A stretch of DNA of 55,532 nt from Octopus bimaculoides (taxonomy: Eukaryota): contig NC_068993.1 of the NCBI RefSeq assembly GCF_001194135.2, forward strand, positions 39,477,436 to 39,532,967. The letters run 5' to 3'. A program made the position numbers and the translations under genes. Below the pieces are notes generated by a model. That model saw only the letters and a list, made by a program, of their open reading frames with translations. It was not told the DNA's origin and did no database searches. This document shows, piece by piece, positions 12,700 to 23,135 of this stretch (position 1 is its first letter; every line of letters starts with the position of its first letter).

Positions 12700-13240
12700 G
12701 TGGGTGCTAACGTACAGGAAGTAATATAAAAGCTAAGGCTACCGTCTGTCACTAACGACCCTGGATGAAGTTCCTAGTTGACCACTCTACTAGAAAAGTG
12801 GTATCTGTGACCCTGTATTCCGATAATCAAATGGCGGTCTCGACCACAAAAGTTACACTATCGGCCGCTTCCGGTACTGATTGAGCTGTAGGTTCTAATT
12901 CTCCAGTTTAGGACGTTCGACAGGATCCATAGTCAGGTAGTATTGCATGGAAAACAGATTGTTGTCCATGCAGCGTGTCTACTTTCCCCACGTCACTGAT
13001 TGATTCAAAGAAACAGCACAACAGCAGATCGACGCAGGAACTGCTAGAATCAGACTTTAGACAACATCAAACTGCTTCAGTGACTCCGACTCCCAATGTT
13101 CCTGAGGGTTTACTCCCGAAGCCTTTCCCATGGCTGGGTTTGGCTGTAAGGCAGTGGCGGTTTGGAATTAAGACTTTTCTTTCTCTAAATGGTTTACCCC
13201 CAACCTCAGGCTAAGGAGCTCTCTCTACCTGGATGTGTAA
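12700..13240 (-). mobile_element. RTE-like LINE 5' UTR-type fragment (no ORF)
   Basis: The minus strand reads tagcctgaggttggggtaaaccatttagagaaagaaaagtcttaattccaaacc...ccatgggaaaggcttcgggagtaaaccc, a motif string I recognise from RTE 5' regions. Not database-confirmed. Confidence 0.5.
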
Positions 13241-13439
13241 TATATCAGAAACAAGATGATAAATGTTTATAGAGATTACAGTCATAATGCAACGAAGCAT
13301 TAGTTATAATAAAAATTGATTAAGGAGGCCAGCTACATGTGAATATCCTTGCTTTGCTACTTCAACTTGTTAATAGAGTCTTATGGCCATCCTCCTGGCA
13401 TTCAGTAGAGTGCATTTTTAGACCGGGTGGTGCTCATCA

Positions 13440-13660
13440 TTTTCTAGCTCTGTCCACAAGAGATTTTTTTGCAGTAAGAGAGTAAAAAAGTCAGAAAGTA
13501 TAAATAAAAAGATTCGATACTGGTATTTTATTTACCGACCCGGAACAGAGGAAAGGTAAAATTGACCTCGGTGGGATTTGAACTCAAAGCGTAGAGAAGA
13601 GGAACAACTAATGCAAAGCAATCTAAATCAAAGCAAACTAACGACACTGCTAATTTGACG
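13440..13660 (-). mobile_element. SINE family A, degenerate
   Basis: gacctcggtgggatttgaactca and actggtattttatttaccgaccc match the family A core. Confidence 0.75.
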
Positions 13661-13664
13661 TTGT

Positions 13665-13890
13665 TTGAGAATTAATGAACGACGAGTCACTATCGAGAGA
13701 AGTTCTACTTTGACTCTAGTGACTCTTGATATAGGCAGTATAAAAACGACTAAGAGTTGTATCACTGAGCAGCACATCTGATGCGAGAAGAGCTGCCACG
13801 AGAAGAGTTACCGAAGTTAAGCCAACACTCGGCAATCTAAGAGTGCTACTACTACGAATTGTACAAAACGAATTGTGCAAAACTTTAACA
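13665..13890 (+). mobile_element. Possible solo LTR
   Basis: TG...CA ends, TATAAAA at about 13739 and a 12-mer TCTGATGCGAGA shared with 43858-44073. No TSD found. Confidence 0.3.
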
Positions 13891-14050
13891 CTCTCAACTA
13901 TTTCCTTGCTGTTAGAATAGGGTAAGGAGTATATGATGTTTCCATGGATATATCACAGTTCCTGAGATAAGATAAGAAATGTTAACACTTACACCAAATG
14001 ACTCAGCCAACCGCAGCTTTAGATGCACGTCAATATGTAACTATGCCCAA

Positions 14051-14077
14051 AACCAAGAACTTTTCAACACACCCTCG
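14051..14077 (-). mobile_element. Isolated mariner-type TIR remnant (second family)
   Basis: The minus strand cgagggtgtgttgaaaagttcttggtt matches the TIR at 40862-40890 (gagggggtgctgaaaagttcatggctt). Confidence 0.5.
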
Positions 14078-14115
14078 AATGTGTGTGCATGTATATATAA
14101 ATACATACATACATA

Positions 14116-14150
<35 letters not shown>

Positions 14151-14448
14151 NNNNNNNNNNNNNNNNNNNNNNNNNNNNNNNNNNNNNNNNNNNNNNNNNN
14201 NNNNNNNNNNNNNNNNNNNNNNNNNNNNNNNNNNNNNNNNNNNNNNNNNNNNNNNNNNNNNNNNNNNNNNNNNNNNNNNNNNNNNNNNNNNNNNNNNNNN
14301 NNNNNNNNNNNNNNNNNNNNNNNNNNNNNNNNNNNNNNNNNNNNNNNNNNNNNNNNNNNNNNNNNNNNNNNNNNNNNNNNNNNNNNNNNNNNNNNNNNNN
14401 NNNNNNNNNNNNNNNNNNNNNNNNNNNNNNNNNNTATATATATATATA

Positions 14449-15190
14449 TGATGAAATCGTCAGCCGTCTTGCAAAGGCAACCAACGCTTTTGGCAAACTC
14501 CGACATCGCCTATGGAATCAAATGGGCATCAAACTTGGCACCAAAGTACAGTTCTATAAAGCAGCCATTCTTACTACTCTCTTGTATGGCTCAGAATCGT
14601 GAAAGTCCTTTATATGGCACAAAACCATCTGAGGACAATTTGTGGTTATTCACTAAAAGAGAAATTTTCTAATGCCGACTTGTTTAGCAATTGTATGATT
14701 GGTGGAATTGAGAGCTTCCCTATACAATCACAATTGTGTGGACTAGACATTTCGTCAGAATGAGTGACAAAAGAATACCCAAAGTCCTCATGTACAGCCA
14801 GCTTGAGTATAGACTCAGGAAATTGGTCGACCATGGCTCAGATATAAGACAAGCTGAAGAGTAACCTCTTAGAGATTAAGATAGCTCACAGCACTTTTGA
14901 GCGTACAGCCTTGGAAAGAACAAAATGGAGATCGGTGTGTCAAAATGGTGTTAAAAACTTTATTTCAACTAGCATTAATAGGCTTCGGGGTGCAAGGCAA
15001 AGGAGAAAAACAGCTGAAAATATACCACCAGCACTGACCTGTAATCCTTACACTCGCAACATCTGTGGCCTTCTTTGCAAATCGTTGGTGGAACTTAAAT
15101 GTCACATTCCACATAAACATTAAGACTGACAAAATAAGAATACGTTATGGGAGCCTCATACGTCGGAACCGAAGAGAGAGTCCATCATAA
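14449..15190 (+). mobile_element. RTE-clade LINE 3' fragment (post-RT region, frameshifted)
   Basis: DEIVSRLAKATNAFGKLRHRLW...KAAILTTLLYGSES, then WTRHFVRMSDKRIPKVLMYSQL, ERTKWRSVCQNGVKNF and a C-terminal Cys/His motif. Ends near a short CAT tail. Confidence 0.9.
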
Positions 15191-15551
15191 ATCTTTTTCT
15201 ANNNNNNNNNNNNNNNNNNNNNNNNNNNNNNNNNNNNNNNNNNNNNNNNNNNNNNNNNNNNNNNNNNNNNNNNNNNNNNNNNNNNNNNNNNNNNNNNNNN
15301 NNNNNNNNNNNNNNNNNNNNNNNNNNNNNNNNNNNNNNNNNNNNNNNNNNNNNNNNNNNNNNNNNNNNNNNNNNNNNNNNNNNNNNNNNNNNNNNNNNNN
15401 NNNNNNNNNNNNNNNNNNNNNNNNNNNNNNNNNNNNNNNNNNNNNNNNNNNNNNNNNNNNNNNNNNNNNNNNNNNNNNNNNNNNTATATATAAATGTGAG
15501 AAAAGGTGGAGTTCTAATTCATCCTTTACTTTTGGCGGGTTCCAAAGTTGG

Positions 15552-15689
<138 letters not shown>

Positions 15690-15890
15690 TATGCGTGTCT
15701 GTGTGTGTGCGTGTGTGTGTTTGTACTACATACAATTACATATACAAAACGTTAAGTATTATTATAGTATAAGATAAATCAATAAGAACAGTGTTTCAGT
15801 TCTTAGTAATCGATATTTCATATAATTCAAACTAATAACACTTCCGTAATTTCTCCGGAAGTTACCGCTGTTAGTTCCGTTTCTAGCGAA

Positions 15891-16350
15891 GTCAATATCG
15901 ATAACGATCGACCGGCACATGAATGATCTTTCAATAAACCAATTGACCATTTCTCGTGAAGTCAATATCGATAATGATCGACTGACAGTTTAATAACCTT
16001 TCATTAATCCCAATGACATTTAAAAAAAAGATCAGTATCGATGATGACCCACTGATAGATCAGTAACATTTCAAAAGGTCCATTGACTTTTCATCCTGAT
16101 GTCAATATAGACAACGATCGATCGACGGATGAATAACCTTTCAATAAACATACTGACATTCCTTCGTGAAGTCAATATCGATAATGATCGATTGACAGAT
16201 CAATAACCTTTCCTTAAGCCCATTGACATTTCTTCGTCAAAACAATATCGATAATGACCGATTGACAGATCAATAACCATTCAATAAACCTATTAATCTT
16301 TCTTCGTTAAGTCAATGTCGATAAAGATTCATTGACAAATGTATAACCGT
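15891..16350. repeat. 70-bp tandem array, about 6.5 units
   Basis: Units start at 15891, 15961, 16031, 16101, 16171, 16241 and 16311. Consensus GTCAATATCGATAATGATCGATTGACAGATCAATAACCTTTCAATAAACCCATTGACATTTCTTCGTGAA. Confidence 0.95.
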
Positions 16351-16373
16351 CTGTTTTACTATATCTCACACTC

Positions 16374-16560
16374 TGGGTCATCCCATAAATAATGCGGTTT
16401 TTTATACTTCTTTTATTTTTCATAATTATGATAAAGTTCTTTTTTAATCCAAAATATACTCTCCTTCATTTTCTATAATGCTCTTCCATCTATCTGGTAA
16501 AACTTCCAAAATTCACTTGTCCGTAACGAAAAATACTCCTTCAGTGCTGTTCTGACCTCG
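16374..16560 (-). mobile_element. Mariner 3' end with TIR (same family as 26865-27946)
   Basis: Reverse complement aligns to 27740-27946 (gaggtcagaacag...gatagatggaagagcat...ttatgggatgaccca). Confidence 0.9.
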
Positions 16561-16877
16561 AGTTTTTTTTACTAAATCCACCAAGGGAGTTCCCTCCACA
16601 AAATACCGGCAATCGAATGACTGAAAGAACTAAAAGAAAAACAAACAAACAAGCAAACAAAAATACGGCCAAAAAAAAAACTACTTAAAAATAAATTACA
16701 TCTAAATAATGTATTAAATTGTATCATCTTTCATGTCGCAAAAAACTTTCCGGATTTCGTTTTGCAAAAATGAACTCCAGCAAAACTTGGAGATTCATTT
16801 TTTTTTTTAATAATTTCAGGTCACATTTGGAAGATTTAAATTCAAAAAATGTATCCCGTATTTAATGAAATTTAGGA

Positions 16878-17174
16878 AATAAGGCGGTGAGCTGGTAGAA
16901 ACGTTAGCACGCCGGGCGAAATGCTTAGCGGTATTTCGTCTGTCTTTACGTTCTGAGTTCAAATTCCGCCGAGGTCGACTTTGCCTTTCATCCTTTCGGG
17001 GTCGTTAAATTAAGTACCAGTTACGCACTGGAGTCGATGTAATCGACGTAATCCCTTTGTCTGTCCTTGTTTGTCCCCTCTATGTTTAGCCCCTTGTGGG
17101 CAATAAAGAAATAAGAAACGTTAAGTACCAGTTGCATACTCGGTCGATCTAATCGACTTTCCCCCACCCCTAAA
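16878..17174 (+). mobile_element. SINE family A (tail type A1) followed by the 3' remnant of an A2-type copy
   Basis: aaggcggtgagctgg...gagttcaaattcc (B box)...gtttagccccttgtgggcaataaagaaataag, then gaaacgtta and agtaccagttgc...tcgatctaatcgact. Confidence 0.9.
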
Positions 17175-17184
17175 NNNNNNNNNN

Positions 17185-17408
17185 AATAAGGCGGTGAGCT
17201 GGTAGAAACGTTAGCACGCCGGGCGAAATGCTTAGCGGTATTTCGTCTGTCTTTACGTTCTGAGTTCAAACTCCGCCGAGGTCGACTTTGCCTTTCATCC
17301 TTTCGGGGTCGATAAATTAAGTACCAGTTGCGTACTGGAGTCCATTAATTAGACTTGACCCCTCCCCCAAATTTTCGGGCCTTGTGCCTAGATTAGAAAA
17401 GAATAAAA
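17185..17408 (+). mobile_element. SINE family A (tail type A2), full length
   Basis: Head nearly identical to the 16878 copy; tail cccctcccccaaattttcgggccttgtgcctagattagaaaag. Confidence 0.9.
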
Positions 17409-18189
17409 CTTGAGAAATCTTAGAGAACAAAATCTACAACATCTACTGTGACCCTATCATAATTAGGCCCTATTTAAGATCATCTCGAAAGTGAGAAAGA
17501 AGGTGAAATAGTGGGTGGTGAAGTCAGTATGACAGAGACTAGCCTGAAAAATAGCTTATGTCGAAATATATATAGTTAAAGATAAAGCCACCCTGCGTGC
17601 CTTTATCCTTGTTAAGTTGCCAATACAATATATATTGGATCCCCCACTGGCTAAACACTATACCCAGACACTGCAACAATCGTTTTCATAAATTAATTCA
17701 TAATTCATTCTTCTTTCAGACACGACGGGAAGAAGGAGGCGGAAAAGGAAGAGGAGGGAAAGAGTCGAAGTCCTTGAGAATTCACTCGCCACACATCACT
17801 GGTGCTCAATCGGTTACTTTCGTAGTAGGTCTATCATTAAGCCCCTTCTACCTTCTCGTCGACGCATCGTGCCTCAATCTCTAACCCAAATATTTTGATA
17901 GCGTTCATCATCTCCACATCTGACCCGTATTTCCTCTATTACATTCCGTTGTTTCCCCTCATCTATGCCCCAGCGCCGAATAAAAGAAACCACCGTCGCC
18001 ACCACCACCACCAACACGACCTAAATCACTACTACTACTACTACTACTACTACCACTACCACTATTATCATCATTTTCATCATTATCATCATCATTATTA
18101 AATGCCGCTACGCATTTTGCCCTGCACGATAATGATTATGCTATCTCGCCCCCTTCTTGCCAACAACAACAAGAACAACAACAACAATA

Positions 18190-18232
<43 letters not shown>

Positions 18233-18243
18233 TAATAATAATA

Positions 18244-18463
18244 CTTTCTACTATAGGGACGTACAAAGCTTGAAATTTAGGAGACGGGGTAAGTCGACTT
18301 CGTCGACCCAGTACTCAACTGGTGCTTATTTTATCGATCCCATCAATTTCGAAAGGATGAAAGGCAAAGTCGACTTCGGCAGAATTTGAACTCGGGCAAA
18401 ATATCGCTTAGTATTCTGTCCGGCGTGCTAACGATCCTGCCAGCTCGCCGCCTTTCGCCACCT
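18244..18463 (-). mobile_element. SINE family A
   Basis: Reverse complement of A head, core and A2 tail, bounded by AAT/GAT repeats. Confidence 0.9.
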
Positions 18464-18486
18464 TAATAGTAATAATGGTGATGATG

Positions 18487-18539
<53 letters not shown>

Positions 18540-18563
18540 GATGATGGTGATGATGATGATGAT

Positions 18564-19557
18564 GAACTCGAGAGCTTAATGAGATACCTAGCCCAAAGTA
18601 AGGAAACCTTGCTAGTGACAGTTAGGAAAGAGGAAGTATTGGGAGCAGAGAAAAAAGGGAAAATAAAGAAAGAAGTACGAAAAGGACATGAAGAAGAATT
18701 ACGCAAGAACGGACTACACAATCAATTCCATGTAGCCACAACAGAAGTTGCAGGAAAAAATAGGTGAGATTGGCTGATGAAAGGAACCCTAAAAAAAGGA
18801 GACCGAGAGCACTATACTGGCAGTGCAGGACCAAGCTCTGGCCACGAACTGCAGGATCAACCTGAGGAATGAGCAAGCGTTTTCGCTGTACCGCATCTCC
18901 AACAGAGTGAATGAAACCATTGCCCATATCACGAACGAATGCCCTAGATTTATCCAAAACCACTACAAGTTGTGGCGACACGATCAGGTAGCGAAAGTGT
19001 TACATTGGAAAGTGGGGGCTAGAGGGAGGCTAGACGTGGTACGAACATAAACTGCAGAGAGTGGTAGAGTCGGAGACTAGCAAAGTCGTCTGGGATTTCC
19101 CAATCCAAACATATCAGGTGCAAGAGCATACCAGACAGGACCTAGTGGTGGTGGACAAGGTGCACCACATATGAAATGTAGTTGATGTTGCATGCCACTT
19201 AGACTCACGAATAGTCAAAAAGGAAGGTGAAAAGATAGATAGGTAGATAGATAGATACAACCCTCTGAAGTACGAAGTAGGTCGGCTATGGAAAATAAAG
19301 AAGGTGAAGATAGCGTCAGTTATTGTTGGGTCCTTGGGAACAATATCAGAAGGCATCAAGAGGAATATAAAGGACATTGGAATAGAGTGCCCAGCACAAC
19401 TGTTTCAAAAGGTTTGCTTCCTTAGCACAGCCAGAATAATCAGGAAAGTATTAGATAGCTGAAAAGAACGAATAGCATGGTATCATAGGCTTCAGGTAGT
19501 AAGCCCGCTACGCATGCACAACTCCAGGGGCTACAACAAAACCTGTGATATAGAGAA

Positions 19558-19614
<57 letters not shown>
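18564..19614 (+). mobile_element. R4/Dong-type non-LTR retrotransposon, 5'-truncated 3' end (Zn knuckle plus restriction-like endonuclease) with (TAA)n tail
   Basis: QDQALATN, ETIAHITNECP, RHDQVAKVLHW, WDFPIQT, DLVVVDK, VDVACHLD, KKEGEKID, VIVGSLGTI and QKVCFLSTARIIRKVL across frameshifts. The (AAT)n tail is at 19557-19614. Confidence 0.9.
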
Positions 19615-19616
<2 letters not shown>

Positions 19617-19619
19617 TAT

Positions 19620-19842
19620 TAACGGTCTCAAAATTTTCCACAAGGGTGGCCAGTTTGGGAGAGAGGATGAGTGGATTACATCGACCCCCAGTGTTCAACT
19701 GGTACTTAATTAATCGACCCCGAAAGAACGAAAAGCAAAGACAGCTTCAGCGGAATTTTTTTACTCAGAACGTGAAGACGGGACGAAATGGCTGCTAAGC
19801 ATTGCACCCGGTGTGCCTACGATTCCGCTAGCTTGCCGCCTT
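19620..19842 (-). mobile_element. SINE family A, degenerate
   Basis: atcgacccccagtgttcaactggtactta...tactcagaacgt...gctaacgattc-like...ccgcctta. Confidence 0.8.
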
Positions 19843-19889
19843 AATAACAACAACAACAACGACGACGATGATGATGATGATAATGATAA

Positions 19890-19949
<60 letters not shown>

Positions 19950-20189
19950 CATGATAATAATATATGGAATTAAGAGTACGAATCATGTTTGGTTATTGTT
20001 CGGGTTATTGTTAGCACTAAAAGCGTCATTGCGTGATAACATGTGTAACTGTAAGGAAAGCGTTGTATCGGCAACTTATACTAAACCGCATTTCTTCCCA
20101 CCAAAAGCTTTTTTTCCTCACGGGGCATTGGAACAGGTGCTTTACAGCATTTAATTCCCCCACCCCACCAACACAACATCATAACATTA

Positions 20190-20520
20190 TGAGTTCAATT
20201 ACCACCAGAGTTGATTTTGACTTTTACTTTTATTCACCCTCGGGGACTGATAAAACATAAATACCACCATAAAGTAGGTCTTTGATAAAATAGGTTTTAG
20301 GTTTTATTCATTTGACTATATTGCTGTTTTATATAGAAAACGAAAAAGGCCTGGGTGCAGACACGGCTGTTTAGTTAAGAAACACACTTTGTAAACACGT
20401 CGGTTTCGGGTTCAGTTCCACTCCGGAGTTCCGTGCACAGGTGTCTTTTACTATAACCCCAGACCGACCAATGCCTTGTGAGCGAATTTGCCAAATGTCA
20501 GCTGTGGTAAATAGTCGTGT
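20190..20520 (+). mobile_element. Adjacent degenerate family A core (about 20190-20290) and family B head (about 20350-20520)
   Basis: gagttcaattaccaccagagttgattttg...; gggttcagttccact...ctataaccccagaccgaccaatgccttgtgag. Confidence 0.6.
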
Positions 20521-20578
20521 GCGTGCGTGCTTGCATGCGTGTGAGCTTGCATGCGCGTGAGCTTGCATGCGTGCGTGC

Positions 20579-20619
<41 letters not shown>

Positions 20620-20629
20620 NNNNNNNNNN

Positions 20630-20679
<50 letters not shown>

Positions 20680-20831
20680 AATTTAATACAGACAGCAGTA
20701 TGCAATGTGTAACCAAAAAAGAAAATTATAATTTATCACTAAATATGACTAGGGTGTTAGAACACTTCCATTGCTCGAAATAACAGCTAATAAAAATGGT
20801 CTAATGCTGTAGTTAAAGAACATAACTGTAT

Positions 20832-21140
20832 ACGCACAGGCCTGGCTGCGTGGTAAGAAGCTTGCTTCCCAACCACATGGCTCACGTGTAGTTTGCATGG
20901 ATACAGGTAAATAAGGGCACACCACAATTAAAATACATTTTGTATCGAAACATCGAAGAGATGAGCTATTGACAAATTGAAACACGTGTATGTATGTATC
21001 TATGTATGTATGTTTGTATATTCTTTTATTTGTTTCAATCACTTGAATGCGGCCATGTAGGAGCACCGCTTTTCAGTCGAAGAAATCGACTCCAGGACTT
21101 ATTCTTTGTAAGTCTGGTACCTATTCTATCAATCTTGTTG
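20832..21140. mobile_element. Family B fragments: head (+, 20832-20880) and tail (-, about 21015-21140)
   Basis: ggctgcgtggtaagaagcttgcttcccaaccacatgg; gcggccatgtaggagcaccgc...tcgactccaggacttattctttgtaag. Confidence 0.75.
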
Positions 21141-23009
21141 TCCCCCCAAAATTTTGAGCTAAGAGAGTATTAGCATTTTTGTAAGAAAGCTAAGGAATGT
21201 GTGTAACAACAAAAACAAAGACAAAAAAGGGAGAACATGGTACACAATTACAAATGCAAACAAGAATATAACGACAGGTGTCTTTCGACTGAAGATGAAT
21301 CAAGTTGAGCTGGCGTGCATAAAGTGAAAGCCTTAAGGCAGGAACAGTTGAGATGGACATAAGAGGTGTTGGCGGACAGCATTCAGGCCAATAAAGAAAG
21401 ATCATGGCTGCCCGAACACTGGTCACATGGAAGGAGGAGAGAGAGAGAGAGTGTGTGTTAGGGAGTAGCAGGATTGATGGATTAGAAAAGAATCAAAGAC
21501 AAAGGCAAAGGTGCAGGAGAGATAATCGAGGAGAAAAAGTGGGAGTTATAAAAGAGAGGGTCAAGAAATGTAAGAGAGGGGGAGTAAGAAAAAAAGACGA
21601 AGAAAGTATGAGGTGGACTAAAAGACAGAGTAAAAGAATCGTACGAAATTTAGATACATACTTACTAAAACGTGAGGAAAAGTGTACGTACGCCGCTATA
21701 TTTATATATACATATAGCGGCGTAGTACACTTTTGCTCACTATATATATATATATATATATATNNNNNNNNNNNNNNNNNNNNNNNNNNNNNNNNNNNNN
21801 NNNNNNNNNNNNNNNNNNNNNNNNNNNNNNNNNNNNNNNNNNNNNNNNNNNNNNNNNNNNNNNNNNNNNNNNNNNNNNNNNNNNNNNNNNNNNNNNNNNN
21901 NNNNNNNNNNNNNNNNNNNNNNNNNNNNNNNNNNNNNNNNNNNNNNNNNNNNNNNNNNNNNNNNNNNNNNNNNNNNNNNNNNNNNNNNNNNNNNNNNNNN
22001 NNNNNNNNNNNNNNNNNNNNNNNNNNNNNNNNNNNNNNNNNNNNNNNNNNNNNNNNNNNNNNNNNNNNNNNNNNNNNNNNNATATATATATTTAAAGTAT
22101 ATATGTATATATGTATGCATGTATGTATATATATACACACACACACACACATATATATATACATGCACTCATAAATAAACATAGAGAGATGGAGAAAAAT
22201 AGGCAGAATGGCATACACTCACATATACATACATATATACAAATATTAGCACATCATACAAGTATGCTTGCTTGCAGATATATATACCTATGTACACACA
22301 CTCATATATATGCATATGCGCAGATATAAATGCATAGTCGCACACATACATGCTACATGTACTTACATACACCTGGTGAGCAGTTTGCTAGCAGTTTGAT
22401 AGACCATACGTAATCTTATAAAACACAGTTGATACCTGATACAAACAAAGATAAATATTATGTTATTCCAAAATATAAAATTAATAACAATGTCTGGTTA
22501 CGTGTTGTTAACTGAGCCGGATAACACATTGATACACAGATATAAAGCCAATGAAGAAAACCTCTTTGTGGTCGCTTGTATCAACAACAATTTCGTCAAC
22601 TAGCTTTTTATCATTTTACAAAACGCTAAGGTTAATTGGTATAACTCATTGGATAATGTAGTCTTAGATACAAAATATTAAAAAAAAAATATGATCTAGT
22701 TGGATACGTCTGATGTTAATATATCTCACGATCAAGCTGGTTTGTGTTTAAAACAAGAATAACAATGATAATATCTACATAGTAATGTTTATGTAATAAA
22801 TTGTATTCTCGTCTTTTGTTAATTATGATCTTGTGACATTAATTCATTAACTCGGGAAGTGACTGACTGGTTCAGAGTTCGCTTCGAAACTAATGTACTA
22901 ACCTAAAAAAGTAGATATTTGAAGATATTGTGAATAAGACCACAAATATACGTTCGCTAAATGTATATTCAGACTCGCTGTAAAGACTTCATTGTTTAAT
23001 CAGACGAGT

Positions 23010-23083
23010 CACTCATCACTCACTCACTCATTCATTGTATCACTCACTCACTCACTCACTCACTTACTCACTCACTCACTCAC

Positions 23084-23133
<50 letters not shown>

Positions 23134-23135
23134 AA
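23010..23135. repeat. (CACT)n-(CT)n compound microsatellite; (CT)n also at 2377-2408, 39086-39138, 50436-50483
   Basis: Direct reading. Confidence 0.97.

Noticed and set aside
15891-16350. CRISPR-like appearance of the palindromic 70-bp array
   Set aside because: Whole units are homologous, with no unique spacers and no cas genes; the context is eukaryotic.
17175-17184. Near-identical SINE A heads either side of a 10-N gap as a pure assembly duplication
   Set aside because: Not adopted: the two copies differ at several positions and have different tails, though a mis-join cannot be excluded.
21290-21430. RQEQLRWT...GRRR resembling an RTE fragment
   Set aside because: Too short and degenerate to support as a feature.
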